Source: Paramoeba atlantica
Taxonomy: Eukaryota > Protista > Discosea
Assembly: GCA_977017575.1 (NCBI GenBank)
Contig: CDRNVI010000015.1
Location: 372,001-436,000, forward strand
Reading direction: 5' to 3'
DNA length: 64,000 nt
In this document: positions 53,568 through 63,406 of the stretch, in pieces
Numbering within the stretch: the stretch's first letter is position 1
Layout of the letters: each line of letters begins with the position of its first letter
Notes under the pieces: generated by a model
What the model was told of the DNA's origin: nothing
Database searches by the model: none
The model's input: the letters and a program-made list of their open reading frames with translations, nothing else
Translations under genes and position numbers: made by a program

Positions 53568-53692
53568 TATGTTAGTTGTACCATTCTGCCATTGAAATCT
53601 TGGAAAATTTAGTATGTTGGCAAAACATTGCGGACTTCATTTACCGGGTAAAACTAAAATGATCTGATTTCATATTCCATTTTTCGACTACT

Positions 53693-54193
53693 ATGTTCTT
53701 TCAAAGTAAGCAATGTTTAGCTCGTAACTTTGGACGAGATTGGAGCAAAAGGCGGCTCTATTGGACACTTCGAAACAAACTCGAAATTGAAAAATCCTTC
53801 AGAGATTCGTGGATTCGATGGACCTCTCGTGCCGTACAGCGCTGCGATGAGCCTTTGTGCCACAACATGAGTCAAGCGGAGACCTTGGCTTTTCAGAAGA
53901 AAATGACATGCTACATGTACAATTTAGAAGGGGTGAGTCACCTCGATTATCTTACTATGCCATGGAGAGACTATGGTCACGGTATATCAGGGGTTCCAGG
54001 AACAGGAGACTGGGTAAGTATGATAAATCTTAATCACTTTACATGGTATCAAATGGTACGCAAGGGCTTCGTATTGGTATATCGTTGTCATGTAAGAGGC
54101 CTGGGGTCCGACCCATACTTACTTAAAGGGGGCTACGAGTACCGATGGAAAAAGTGTATAGATCGAGACGTCGGTCATTACACAAGGGCGTAG
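53693..54193 (+). CDS. Hypothetical protein, possibly mitochondrial (weak resemblance to mitoribosomal bL28m)
   Basis: Presequence-like N-terminus; SKRR.YW...K...S...RWTS.A...LDYL pattern is only suggestive. Confidence 0.5.
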   Translation: MFFQSKQCLARNFGRDWSKRRLYWTLRNKLEIEKSFRDSWIRWTSRAVQRCDEPLCHNMSQAETLAFQKKMTCYMYNLEGVSHLDYLTMPWRDYGHGISGVPGTGDWVSMINLNHFTWYQMVRKGFVLVYRCHVRGLGSDPYLLKGGYEYRWKKCIDRDVGHYTRA

Positions 54194-54384
54194 CAAAATA
54201 GAAACATATCATAAATTTATTATAATTTATAATAAATTTAAAAAAAAAAATAGTATTTTTCACTGTGGCACACATATTTTTAGTTTTCAAAAAACGCTTT
54301 CTGACACGTAATATCATGTACATCGCGTAATATCATAGCACAATAGTTAGAATAGTCTATTATTGATCTGCGTATCTCTCGTTA

Positions 54385-56358
54385 ATGTTTCTGTCATCTC
54401 GTTGTCTCCCGAGCTTGATTTCATCGTTGCCACTTCACGTAATATATGAAATGGAATCGTGTAGTCAGATCATTCCGGAAATAATAAAACTTCCGAAAAG
54501 TACAGACACGAACCATTCGAGTTCTAGATTGCAGTTATCAGATTCTCTCCCAGACTTTACATCCATTCCTCATCTTTTTCGTTGGCTTCGTGAGCAATTT
54601 CTCAAAAAAGATTTTGAAGCCCCATGGCAAGCTGTCATGCAGAGTATATTCCGCCAGATAAGAAGATATGGTTGTGGAAATAGCTTGAAACACGTCAAGA
54701 CTCTTCAAGATGGCAGACACATGTTGCGAACCGCAAATGAATTACAGAAAACCACTTTTTTGGGTCCTGCTGAGGTATTGACATACTCTTTGTCACAACT
54801 GCACCGTCTGAATATGCCGAAATATGTGTTGTCGAACTTTGCCGAGCATATTCAACATTTTTTTTGGGAACATCCAACGTACCGAACGTACCTTCCTCTC
54901 TTGCGAGAGATACTAAAATTTGAATTTTCTCAACAAGATAATCACGTGCTTTGGGGAGATATAATCGATGACGTATGCAAAACCGTTTCTAGCTCCGCAG
55001 AGTCTACATGTCTAACTTTTTCCGAGGTACTTGAATATGCACAAGTTCTTGCTCGAATGGACATCAGGAATGATCTTCTTTGCTCTATCACCCAAAGGTT
55101 TGAAAATCTCTTGCCAAGGAACTCAATTTCTAACTCAAACATAAGACTATGCAAGGCTGATTTTGGCTGCTCAAATTATTTGTCGTCTTTGGGAGCAATA
55201 ACATCCGACCAAGTATGCGTTTCCACTGCAGAATTTATGATATTACTTCGAATTATTGACAATACTCCCGTCACTACTGAAAAACTCCCTATTTCTCCAG
55301 GAAATTTGCGTGAGTTGCAAAGTTGTCGCCTTCGACTAACGTCCTATATCTACACATTTCTTCGCACAAGATTTCGAACAGAAACTTGGGCGTTACATAA
55401 TATGATGGAATTAGTGGTTTTAATGGCCAAGGTTCGGAGCCGCGCTTATTTTTCCCCACATGAAACACTGTTGTATTCTGTTATGCAGCGCATACGGCAA
55501 AAAATATGCAACCCGGTACACACCTCACAATTTTCGGATGAACAGGTAAGTTATATTACTCCTGAAGTTTGGGCTCAAACTTATAGTGCAGCACAAGAAT
55601 TTCATCAGGCTGATATAGCGGATCATATTATTTCTTGTCGAATTTCGGAACACACATCTCGACTAGTGAATAACCGTGTGCTTGAAACGGTTCTTCGGTC
55701 ACATCTACAGGCATTGTATGAGTACAATCATAGCCCTAGTCGTACTTTACGTCTGCCTTCCACTTTCATAAATGACATACGTAAGACGTTGCAACACTGG
55801 GTGGATTATGATCAACTGTGCGAATTAGCTTTCGACAGTTCAGAAAGTGATGTAAGGTGCAATGAAAAGTGGGCGGTGACATCGTTGGTTCTACCCCTAC
55901 TATTACAAAGCGGGAATCTTAATCGAACCTTATACAGCGATATTACGAGGCGGTTGCACTCTTTGTTAACATATGTAAGTTGTCATTCCGGTTGTGAAAA
56001 AGGCTCTTCAAATTCCGATAAATTTGCTTCCAAGACAATAGAAGAAAATATACTTACGAATTCTAGGCTTCTCTTATCGAACGAGGAGCTTGCTTTTTTT
56101 CTGCACACAATTTTGCACTTTAATGAAGGAACAACTCCTGTTTTTTTGCATCAAAAACGAGAAGTTGTTTTGTCTTATCCTCAGCGTATGCTAGTGTCTC
56201 TTGTGTGCGATAAGCTCATAGAAAATAAATCTGAACGGCTTTCCAGCATGGCGAAAAGTGTATTGGTTAAATGCACAGAATCTTCTTGTCTCATTAACAA
56301 AAGATTGGAAGCCTTGTTTATGAAACCCATTCGTCGCGCACTGAGAGTTAGTACATAA
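54385..56358 (+). CDS. Hypothetical helical protein, 657 aa, possibly mitochondrial
   Basis: Long ORF on the cluster strand; MFLSSR start. Confidence 0.7.
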   Translation: MFLSSRCLPSLISSLPLHVIYEMESCSQIIPEIIKLPKSTDTNHSSSRLQLSDSLPDFTSIPHLFRWLREQFLKKDFEAPWQAVMQSIFRQIRRYGCGNSLKHVKTLQDGRHMLRTANELQKTTFLGPAEVLTYSLSQLHRLNMPKYVLSNFAEHIQHFFWEHPTYRTYLPLLREILKFEFSQQDNHVLWGDIIDDVCKTVSSSAESTCLTFSEVLEYAQVLARMDIRNDLLCSITQRFENLLPRNSISNSNIRLCKADFGCSNYLSSLGAITSDQVCVSTAEFMILLRIIDNTPVTTEKLPISPGNLRELQSCRLRLTSYIYTFLRTRFRTETWALHNMMELVVLMAKVRSRAYFSPHETLLYSVMQRIRQKICNPVHTSQFSDEQVSYITPEVWAQTYSAAQEFHQADIADHIISCRISEHTSRLVNNRVLETVLRSHLQALYEYNHSPSRTLRLPSTFINDIRKTLQHWVDYDQLCELAFDSSESDVRCNEKWAVTSLVLPLLLQSGNLNRTLYSDITRRLHSLLTYVSCHSGCEKGSSNSDKFASKTIEENILTNSRLLLSNEELAFFLHTILHFNEGTTPVFLHQKREVVLSYPQRMLVSLVCDKLIENKSERLSSMAKSVLVKCTESSCLINKRLEALFMKPIRRALRVST

Positions 56359-56603
56359 AAGTTATTTATGTGTACTTATGGGAGGGAGAGTATTTATTTT
56401 TTATGCAAGGTCGGTTTAAGCCCGTTAAGTTGTAATTTCAATTTATTTTGTATTGGAAGAGGGACAAAGTGAGTACCCACAGGTGCTTAGAAGCATTCTG
56501 GTCTCACATTATACTATCGATATTGCGCATTTTTGATGCAAATGTGCATCTTATTGATGTATTTATATTGAGCATATTATTATTTTTTTGTGGAGTGAGT
56601 AAA

Positions 56604-59600
56604 ATGTCTGGAATTGGTGAACGCACTGAACTTCATCATGTTTATAAACAATGGAGTAACAGGCAGGAAGAACTTAACAATTATTTGACGTGTTTCGTTT
56701 CCGACTTGCTACAAGAGGTAGCTTCGAACGCAGAAAATGAACTAGTTAATATAAAGTCTTGTGAAAAGAGAATACAAGCCTCTGCAAGTGAGGTTTCAGA
56801 AATAATTGAGTGGGCATTAGCTTCCGTTAAGGAAAAAAGAGCTGATCTAAAACCTGATAAAAGTCTTTCACCTATTGAGTCGCCCAGTAAGTCCAAACTA
56901 CTAGAATCCGAAAATCCACAAGTACACTTTCTTGAGGCTCAATTGAACGCTTCGTCTAAACAGGCACATCTCGCTGAAAATCGTGTCAAGGAATTAAGTA
57001 AAAAAAATCAGAAAACAGAGGATTTTGCTCGTGCAGCTCTTCGTTTTATTTCTAGGCATTACCTTCCTCACCAAACAGCATCAGAACACACTGTCACTGA
57101 CTCCGCTACTGATGTCGATTGTCTTGCCGATTCCTGGAATAAAGATTTGGACCTTGATTTTTTCAAACTTCCTGTTTCTGATGAACAGTTTGGATCTGAT
57201 TCGAACGTTGTATACGAGACACCATTTGACGTCGTGATGAGATTACTTGAGTTGCAGACAGAAAATGAAGGCGCTTATCGTGACTTGCGAAAGCTACGGG
57301 ATGAACTTGATGCCTCCAAATCGAAAAGCAACATGAAATCATCACCTGTTCAGTGTGAAATTGTCTCGACTAAAACAACTCCTTGTCTCGACTCAAAGCA
57401 AAATCAATTGGTTGATTCGGGCCACTCAAGCCTTTCATTAAACGTGACGCATTTTGAAGCTCTGAAAAATGATGTACATGCTCTAACTTTTGAGAACCAA
57501 ATATTGCGTCAAGAAATAGCTATTCTGTTGAAGCCCAAAGACTCAATATTCGCAGAAGCTGCATTCTCGAAAGGGGGTACCTCTTCTTCTGAATGCATAA
57601 ATGACAACAATCTTGATGAGTCCTTATTGCGCCCGGCTCTCTCCGATAATATATCACATAGGGGTGGCCCTGATATTGATTCACTTGAGCCCTTTATTTA
57701 TGAAAACATCAAGTCACTGGTCGATAAAAATGTCCACCTTTGTAAACAGGTTCGCATTTTGCTACAACAAAACGAAGCTTTGAATATGAAAACGGGAAAA
57801 CATTTGGCATCAAATGTAGCAGTAGAGAGGGATGAATGTGCTGACGTAACCAATCACAAGGACATTGCCACTTTCTCATCAGCATTCATTTCGGTTCCTA
57901 TTCAAGAAAAAAGTACTATCCAGCCAACCTGTGATTTTCCGAACGATTTGGTAACTTCGCCACTTGTCTTTTACAATGCGGACAAATGTACGCCTTCCGC
58001 TGACAGAAATAATACAGCCTTGGAATTAAGTGAGCAAGCCTTGGGCACAAACAGAAAAACTTACTCTAATGATAGCGCAGTACAATGTAACATTGATCAT
58101 GAACAGCTTGAAAACAGCATTTGTGTTCTAAATCAAATTGTTGACACTATCCGCAGCTGTGAACGTCCCGAAATCAAGACTGCAAGTGGCATTATACCTA
58201 TTAATTTTTCAGAAGAATGCGAAGCAAGAAATCCATATCTCGTGCATCAGGACAAAGTAACATCATTTTACATGTACGTTAAGGATGGCTTTTTCGAAAT
58301 ACTTAACAAGTACGAACAAGAAGCTGCTCGCCATGTTGAATCAAGAAAGCAGTTAAACTCTTTGCAGCGAGAATTACATGCTCTGAGAACTTGCGACACA
58401 GAATTTGGCTCTTTGTTTCAGTCTATTGAAAATGCCGGGAGAGTAATAAGATTCATCGAAACAACAATACATCAGATAAAAGAAACCTTTAGCGAACTGC
58501 AAGGAATGAATAATAATCTGATCGAGTCCAAACAACAAGCTCGAGGTACCTGTGCTCTTCTTGATCAGTTTTCGAAATTATGTTCGGAATGGAATGGTGT
58601 TAATAAAGCTTTATGTTCCTACGAAAAGGTCTTGTTGCAGAACCTAGGTGATGCCGAAGAGGCGTCACACATATGGAAAGAACAATATGAATTGCTACTT
58701 CGAGACCAAAACACTATCAGGGAAGAAAAGCAAGAGTTGCAGCAAATTCTTTTTCGGGAGAGGAAGAAATTTATAGATACAATGGAATCTGCATGGCAGG
58801 CAGAAGAAACGGCCCAGCGGCTATCGCGGGCAAACGCTGTGTTGCAGAGTACTATAGGAGATCACGTTTCTCGTGCAAACTACGAAGCTACTTTGAGCGA
58901 ACTTCAAGCATACGAAAGTCGATTCATAACTCTTCAAAATTCTCATAATGAGCTGAAAAAGGAGTTTGAATCAATTGAATGCGAGCGAACTGAAGTATTA
59001 ACTATGGTTGCTGTTGCAGAAAAGAAAGAAGAAATACATATTGCTTTTCAAAGGAAATTTCATGAACTAAGTTACGAACTTCGAACACAGAAAAGAAAAT
59101 TCTTAAAAGCTGAAAGGCGCTTGTGGGGTACGCATCGCCGTCTTTGTGCTCTCAAACAAGTCTTGTTAGATCGCGAAAACGCTAGCGTGGGTTCCCAAGC
59201 TAAAATCGAAGAGTTAACAAATATCATTGTTGACAGACAAGTTGAAAAAGGAATATTTGCATTTACCTCCGATGATATTGTGCAAAAACTTAAATCTCGC
59301 ATTCAGTTATTAGCTAGTACCAGAGAAGAGTGTATTCGCGATCGTGATTCGCTTCAGCTTCAGCTAAATGAATATCGATCCAAATTTATAGAGATCATCA
59401 CAGTTTTACAAGAAGAAAAGTCGAAATCTCTACTCATGCATCTCAGCCATCTAGTTGATAATGAAATTAGCGCTTCACCCTTACGTGATCAGGGAGGCGT
59501 AGAAAATTCAGGTAAATTGCTCCCTAGTGTAGATCAGACAGAGGCACAAAAAAAATTCGAAGCACTGGAACACGAACTTATGAACGCCAAGCACTTGAAT

Positions 59601-60176
59601 GAAACGTATGAAACCAAGCTTCAAATTCTTTCTAAAGCTGACGATACAGTAGAAGCCCGCGCATGCGGTCTTTCACTTGTCGATTATTTGAGAGGCGAAG
59701 TGAGACATGTTCGAGAAACTTGCGACGTCCTCATTAAAGAAAAGAACTCCATAATAGAAGAGTTACATACCGCACAAAGTAGGCTTAATGAGGAAAGTCT
59801 GAAACTTGCAGCAATCAAAAATAAATACGAGTATAAGGATCGTGCATTCGCAGATGCTTTTGATCTGAGAAAGGGGGAATTAGCTTCAAAAGACACGATA
59901 ATCATGAAACTTGAGATTCGCATAAAAGATTTGGAAAATTCTGTTAAAGAACTTGGCATGGAAAAATTGGATACAAAAGCGTTATGTGAACGTCAACGAT
60001 GTGAATTGGTAGCGAGCGAATCCGACAAAGCACAACTCAGCGTTTCGTATGATGCACTTCAAAAAGAAAACTACCTTTTGAGAACTACGAATGACGATAT
60101 TGCTTTCAAGTTAAAGTCGCTAGAGGAACAACCCATTCTAGTTGCATCCAACGCATTTGGTGCTGGTGGACTATAA
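56604..60176 (+). CDS. Long coiled-coil protein, about 1190 aa
   Basis: Heptad-rich E/K/L/Q segments; first ATG at 56604. Confidence 0.8.
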   Translation: MSGIGERTELHHVYKQWSNRQEELNNYLTCFVSDLLQEVASNAENELVNIKSCEKRIQASASEVSEIIEWALASVKEKRADLKPDKSLSPIESPSKSKLLESENPQVHFLEAQLNASSKQAHLAENRVKELSKKNQKTEDFARAALRFISRHYLPHQTASEHTVTDSATDVDCLADSWNKDLDLDFFKLPVSDEQFGSDSNVVYETPFDVVMRLLELQTENEGAYRDLRKLRDELDASKSKSNMKSSPVQCEIVSTKTTPCLDSKQNQLVDSGHSSLSLNVTHFEALKNDVHALTFENQILRQEIAILLKPKDSIFAEAAFSKGGTSSSECINDNNLDESLLRPALSDNISHRGGPDIDSLEPFIYENIKSLVDKNVHLCKQVRILLQQNEALNMKTGKHLASNVAVERDECADVTNHKDIATFSSAFISVPIQEKSTIQPTCDFPNDLVTSPLVFYNADKCTPSADRNNTALELSEQALGTNRKTYSNDSAVQCNIDHEQLENSICVLNQIVDTIRSCERPEIKTASGIIPINFSEECEARNPYLVHQDKVTSFYMYVKDGFFEILNKYEQEAARHVESRKQLNSLQRELHALRTCDTEFGSLFQSIENAGRVIRFIETTIHQIKETFSELQGMNNNLIESKQQARGTCALLDQFSKLCSEWNGVNKALCSYEKVLLQNLGDAEEASHIWKEQYELLLRDQNTIREEKQELQQILFRERKKFIDTMESAWQAEETAQRLSRANAVLQSTIGDHVSRANYEATLSELQAYESRFITLQNSHNELKKEFESIECERTEVLTMVAVAEKKEEIHIAFQRKFHELSYELRTQKRKFLKAERRLWGTHRRLCALKQVLLDRENASVGSQAKIEELTNIIVDRQVEKGIFAFTSDDIVQKLKSRIQLLASTREECIRDRDSLQLQLNEYRSKFIEIITVLQEEKSKSLLMHLSHLVDNEISASPLRDQGGVENSGKLLPSVDQTEAQKKFEALEHELMNAKHLNETYETKLQILSKADDTVEARACGLSLVDYLRGEVRHVRETCDVLIKEKNSIIEELHTAQSRLNEESLKLAAIKNKYEYKDRAFADAFDLRKGELASKDTIIMKLEIRIKDLENSVKELGMEKLDTKALCERQRCELVASESDKAQLSVSYDALQKENYLLRTTNDDIAFKLKSLEEQPILVASNAFGAGGL

Positions 60177-60510
60177 ATTGTCGGTCAAAATTCGCCGTTA
60201 AATCTTTCTAAACTACCCCCCGCACCCTTTAGTTACGTAGAATTGTGGTAACTGCTAATTTTGGTTATACAAGGTGTAAGTGTCACTTAGTCAGTCACAC
60301 AGTAAGGTGAATAACAGAAAGGTGAGTCACACAGTGAGGTATCACTTAGTGATACCAATTCTTCCGACTGACTTAAAACGATTTTTATAATATTTGAATA
60401 AATCCTAACAATTTGTTGAAGTCCTCTATATGGAGGAACTGTTACAAAAAGAAAGGAATTAATATCATTCTTGAGGATTATCACTATCATTATTAATGAC
60501 AGGGGGAGTA

Positions 60511-60662
60511 CAGTGCGCCCAATTGGTAGAGTCCCAAAAAACGGTTTTTCCAAATGGTAAATTTAATATATATATTTTATATTTAATGGTAAAAGTCTTT
60601 TTAGTAGTTACCTAAAATCGGTGGTAACTACTAAAAAACAACTTTACTATCTAGGCGCACTG
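60511..60662. mobile_element. 152-bp TA-flanked Tc1-type MITE
   Basis: TA|CAGTGCGCC ... GGCGCACTG|TA (about 17/22 over the extended TIR); internal 12-bp perfect hairpin at 60601-60634. Confidence 0.7.
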
Positions 60663-61676
60663 TACCTCAAAATCGATTTTGTCTTTTTTTTCTTCACCCC
60701 AGCTTCATATTCGGTATCTTTGCAACGTTTTTTCACCCATTTTTGAGTGCTTTTGTTTACCTAGTTTATCCTCAACACCAAAGGTCCGATTTCTTAAAAG
60801 TCTCTTTTTTCGAAATTTGGGCAAAGTATTCGTTGTCATGAATCTGACCCTCGAAAGATCCACTCTAGACCAAAGGGCAACCGTCCATCATTAGAAGAAT
60901 TTGGAACGTCCAATTCTTTGCGGCTTCTTTCGCGTTATGTAATTCACTGGACCCGCGGCGGTACATAGGCTGAACAAATGTTTTTCCATATGGAGTAGTT
61001 GTATATGGAGTGATGAATAATGCCCCCCCCACATAAGAAATGTGAACAGTTGCTTCTTGCTCATGGGTCAGATTCAGATGGAGCATCGCCAGAGCACAGA
61101 ACACGTCAAGTGTTAAGCCTTTTAAAGAAATGCCCAGCTTGATAACCTCATCAGAAGAATACCCGGTCAACGCGTGTGAAACGTCTTTCGAGGGAGAAGT
61201 ATCATGTCGAGAAGTTGAAAATGGGAAAAGTAGGTTTGTTGTCATGCAAAAGTTGTAGCGCCTTGATTACTACTAAAAGACTTAGGGGGCCGAACCTGAG
61301 TAAAGCAAATTCAGGCAACTTCTGTGGCGCCTTATTGGGTACTGGTGAGGAATACACTCGGTGAATTTTAGGTGCTTCCTGTCTACTCGAGAACTCGGGA
61401 ATCACTTTCACTCAGCTCTTTGATAGAGTCCATGTAAAATTGGGGGCGATATAATATTGGGGGTCAGCTCATACACTCAGCGTTCCACAGCAGACCAAAG
61501 AAGTAACGTACTACTTCTTTTGTCAGTATTCCGGCACCCTAAAATTCAACAAGTGGTAATTTTTTGTCATTTATTTTTTTTCATTTTTGAAGAGAATATA
61601 CAGGGGGGATCACAAATATCGGGACCCGCCATTTTTGTGCGATGTGCCCGTTTCACCTGATTTTTGTTGCAAAGGA

Positions 61677-62254
61677 CCCCCTGCAACTTGGCGTCCTTTT
61701 TGGGTCCACTCGGGGTCACGGTGGGTCACTAGGGGCCATGGTTGGGCACTGCTACTGGTCCTTGTTGATCATTTTGTATGTATGTAATTATTGTGATGGG
61801 AAAAATGTATTGTCCTCGCTGCAAGGTGGACCGCCACAAGTCTTTGGGGAACCTATAAGGTGTGTAATGTGTGCATGCACCATTGAAAGTGATGCAAAAG
61901 ATCCTTGCATCCAATGTCAAAGGGTCTCTGTAATCATAGGTACGAACTTCTGTCCTCTATGTAATGCTCCACGGGACTCTGAACAACTTCTGCCCAGTAC
62001 CATCGACCATCTTCACGCTCGTGAGCTTCGAGGGAAGCACAATTTACTCTCTTTTACACTTTCATAGCTTTTACACTTTCATAGTTTTTTAGGTCATGTT
62101 TTCATAAAATCCTTCATGAATTCCTTAGTGTGGTATTATCAATGCCTAGCATCTGTCCCTCGCCGGAGGCATTTCTCGCCGGTTTTTGGGGCCACTTGGG
62201 GCCACCAAGGCCCACTAGGGGCCACACTGGGCCACTCGGGCCCTGCATTGGGTC
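61677..62254. other. 578-bp insert splitting the left TIR, bounded by caaagga direct repeats and 10-bp GGGNCAC arrays
   Basis: caaagga at 61670-61676 and 62255-62261; decamer arrays at about 61701-61750 and 62187-62250. Confidence 0.8.
61805..62067 (+). pseudogene. Frameshifted double-zinc-ribbon (4x CxxC) gene fragment carried inside the transposon
   Basis: MYCPRC...SLG, then a -1 shift near 61845-61850, then EPIRCVMC...PCIQC...FCPLCNAP. Confidence 0.6.
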
Positions 62255-62403
62255 CAAAGGAGAGATCTCGACGCGAATATGATCGGAACGATATTTTGCG
62301 CCTATTTAAACACACCTAAAAAGTAGGGTGTGCACGACGATTTTTTTCAAAAATTGCACATTTGAAAATGTGGATAAAAAAGTCTTAAAAAGCAATAAAA
62401 AAG

Positions 62404-63406
62404 TTATTTAGTACGAAATAACCCCCCGTTCGTAACTCTTCTAACCGTTTTGGGAGGCCCTTCAGAGTCTTTTCTAGGATATCCCGCTTTTCGGTTAGGA
62501 GATATTCAATAGCCTTGGTATGGCCTCTCGCAATTCATGCCTATTCTTCGGACACAAAGAACTATGAATGTAGTCATCCATGATAGACCACAAGTTTTCT
62601 ATCAAGTTTAAGTCAGGTTACTTTGAGTGCCAATCAATTATGTTTAGGCCTGCTTGCAATCCCGCACGACGGGCTTGCCCATGACCCGGTGCATTGTCAA
62701 GAACAATGATGGAACATGGTCGGCGTCGAACCCAATTAAAAAAGCCGCTCCTTTTACTCATGACCTTGAAAAAAGAGTCATTACTTACGGTGTCGTGCTC
62801 CCCAAACTCGTGAAAACAATGAGGTTGTGGTATACCCCATTTAAGGCTGACACCCATCCATACAAGGACACCCTTCCCCCCATACCAACGATCAGTTTGG
62901 GGTGGTGGTTCACGATCGGGATCGTCCTTATGGGCGAGGTAGGTAATTTTCTTACAGTGTGTACTGCAACGAAAAAGTTTTTCGTCTGTCCAGATGACAT
63001 TCTGAAGCTGACTCTCTGCCAGTCCTTCAAAATATTCTGCAAGACGCAGACGGTTTTCCTTATGTAAAAGCTTTCGAACCATCGTCTTCATGATGTACCC
63101 CATCTTTTTCAAGGCTCGTTTCACAGTCATGAGACTGCAGGGGTAGAGGTTTCGATCAAGTCTTTTGTAAACCCATTTAAATCCCGGACACCCATACGGG
63201 TTACTACGTTCACTCTCTACAAGAGTAACAAGCGTTTGCTTAAACTCGTCTGTGATAACCGTTGGACTACGTACGTAGTTTTTCCGTGGCACATCACCTG
63301 TTTTGGCAATTCGCTCAACATAGCGATGAGCACTGCTCTTTCCGCAATTCATCATACATACTGTTTCCCTCATAGATTTTCCCTGATGCACTTCGTGCGC
63401 GCTCAC
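62404..63406 (-). pseudogene. Tc1-like transposase with in-frame TAA (62618-62620) and a downstream frameshift (about 62518); 3' end approximate
   Basis: HTH N-terminus; IWTDEKLF, IVLDNAPGH, DWHSK*PDLNLIENLWS; then in a shifted frame KAIEYLL...LPKRLEELRTGGY. Confidence 0.9.

Noticed and set aside
62618-62620. In-frame TAA in the transposase as evidence of stop-codon reassignment or readthrough
   Set aside because: Host genes terminate normally at TAA/TAG/TGA, and a frameshift follows; simple pseudogenisation (TCA to TAA) is more likely.
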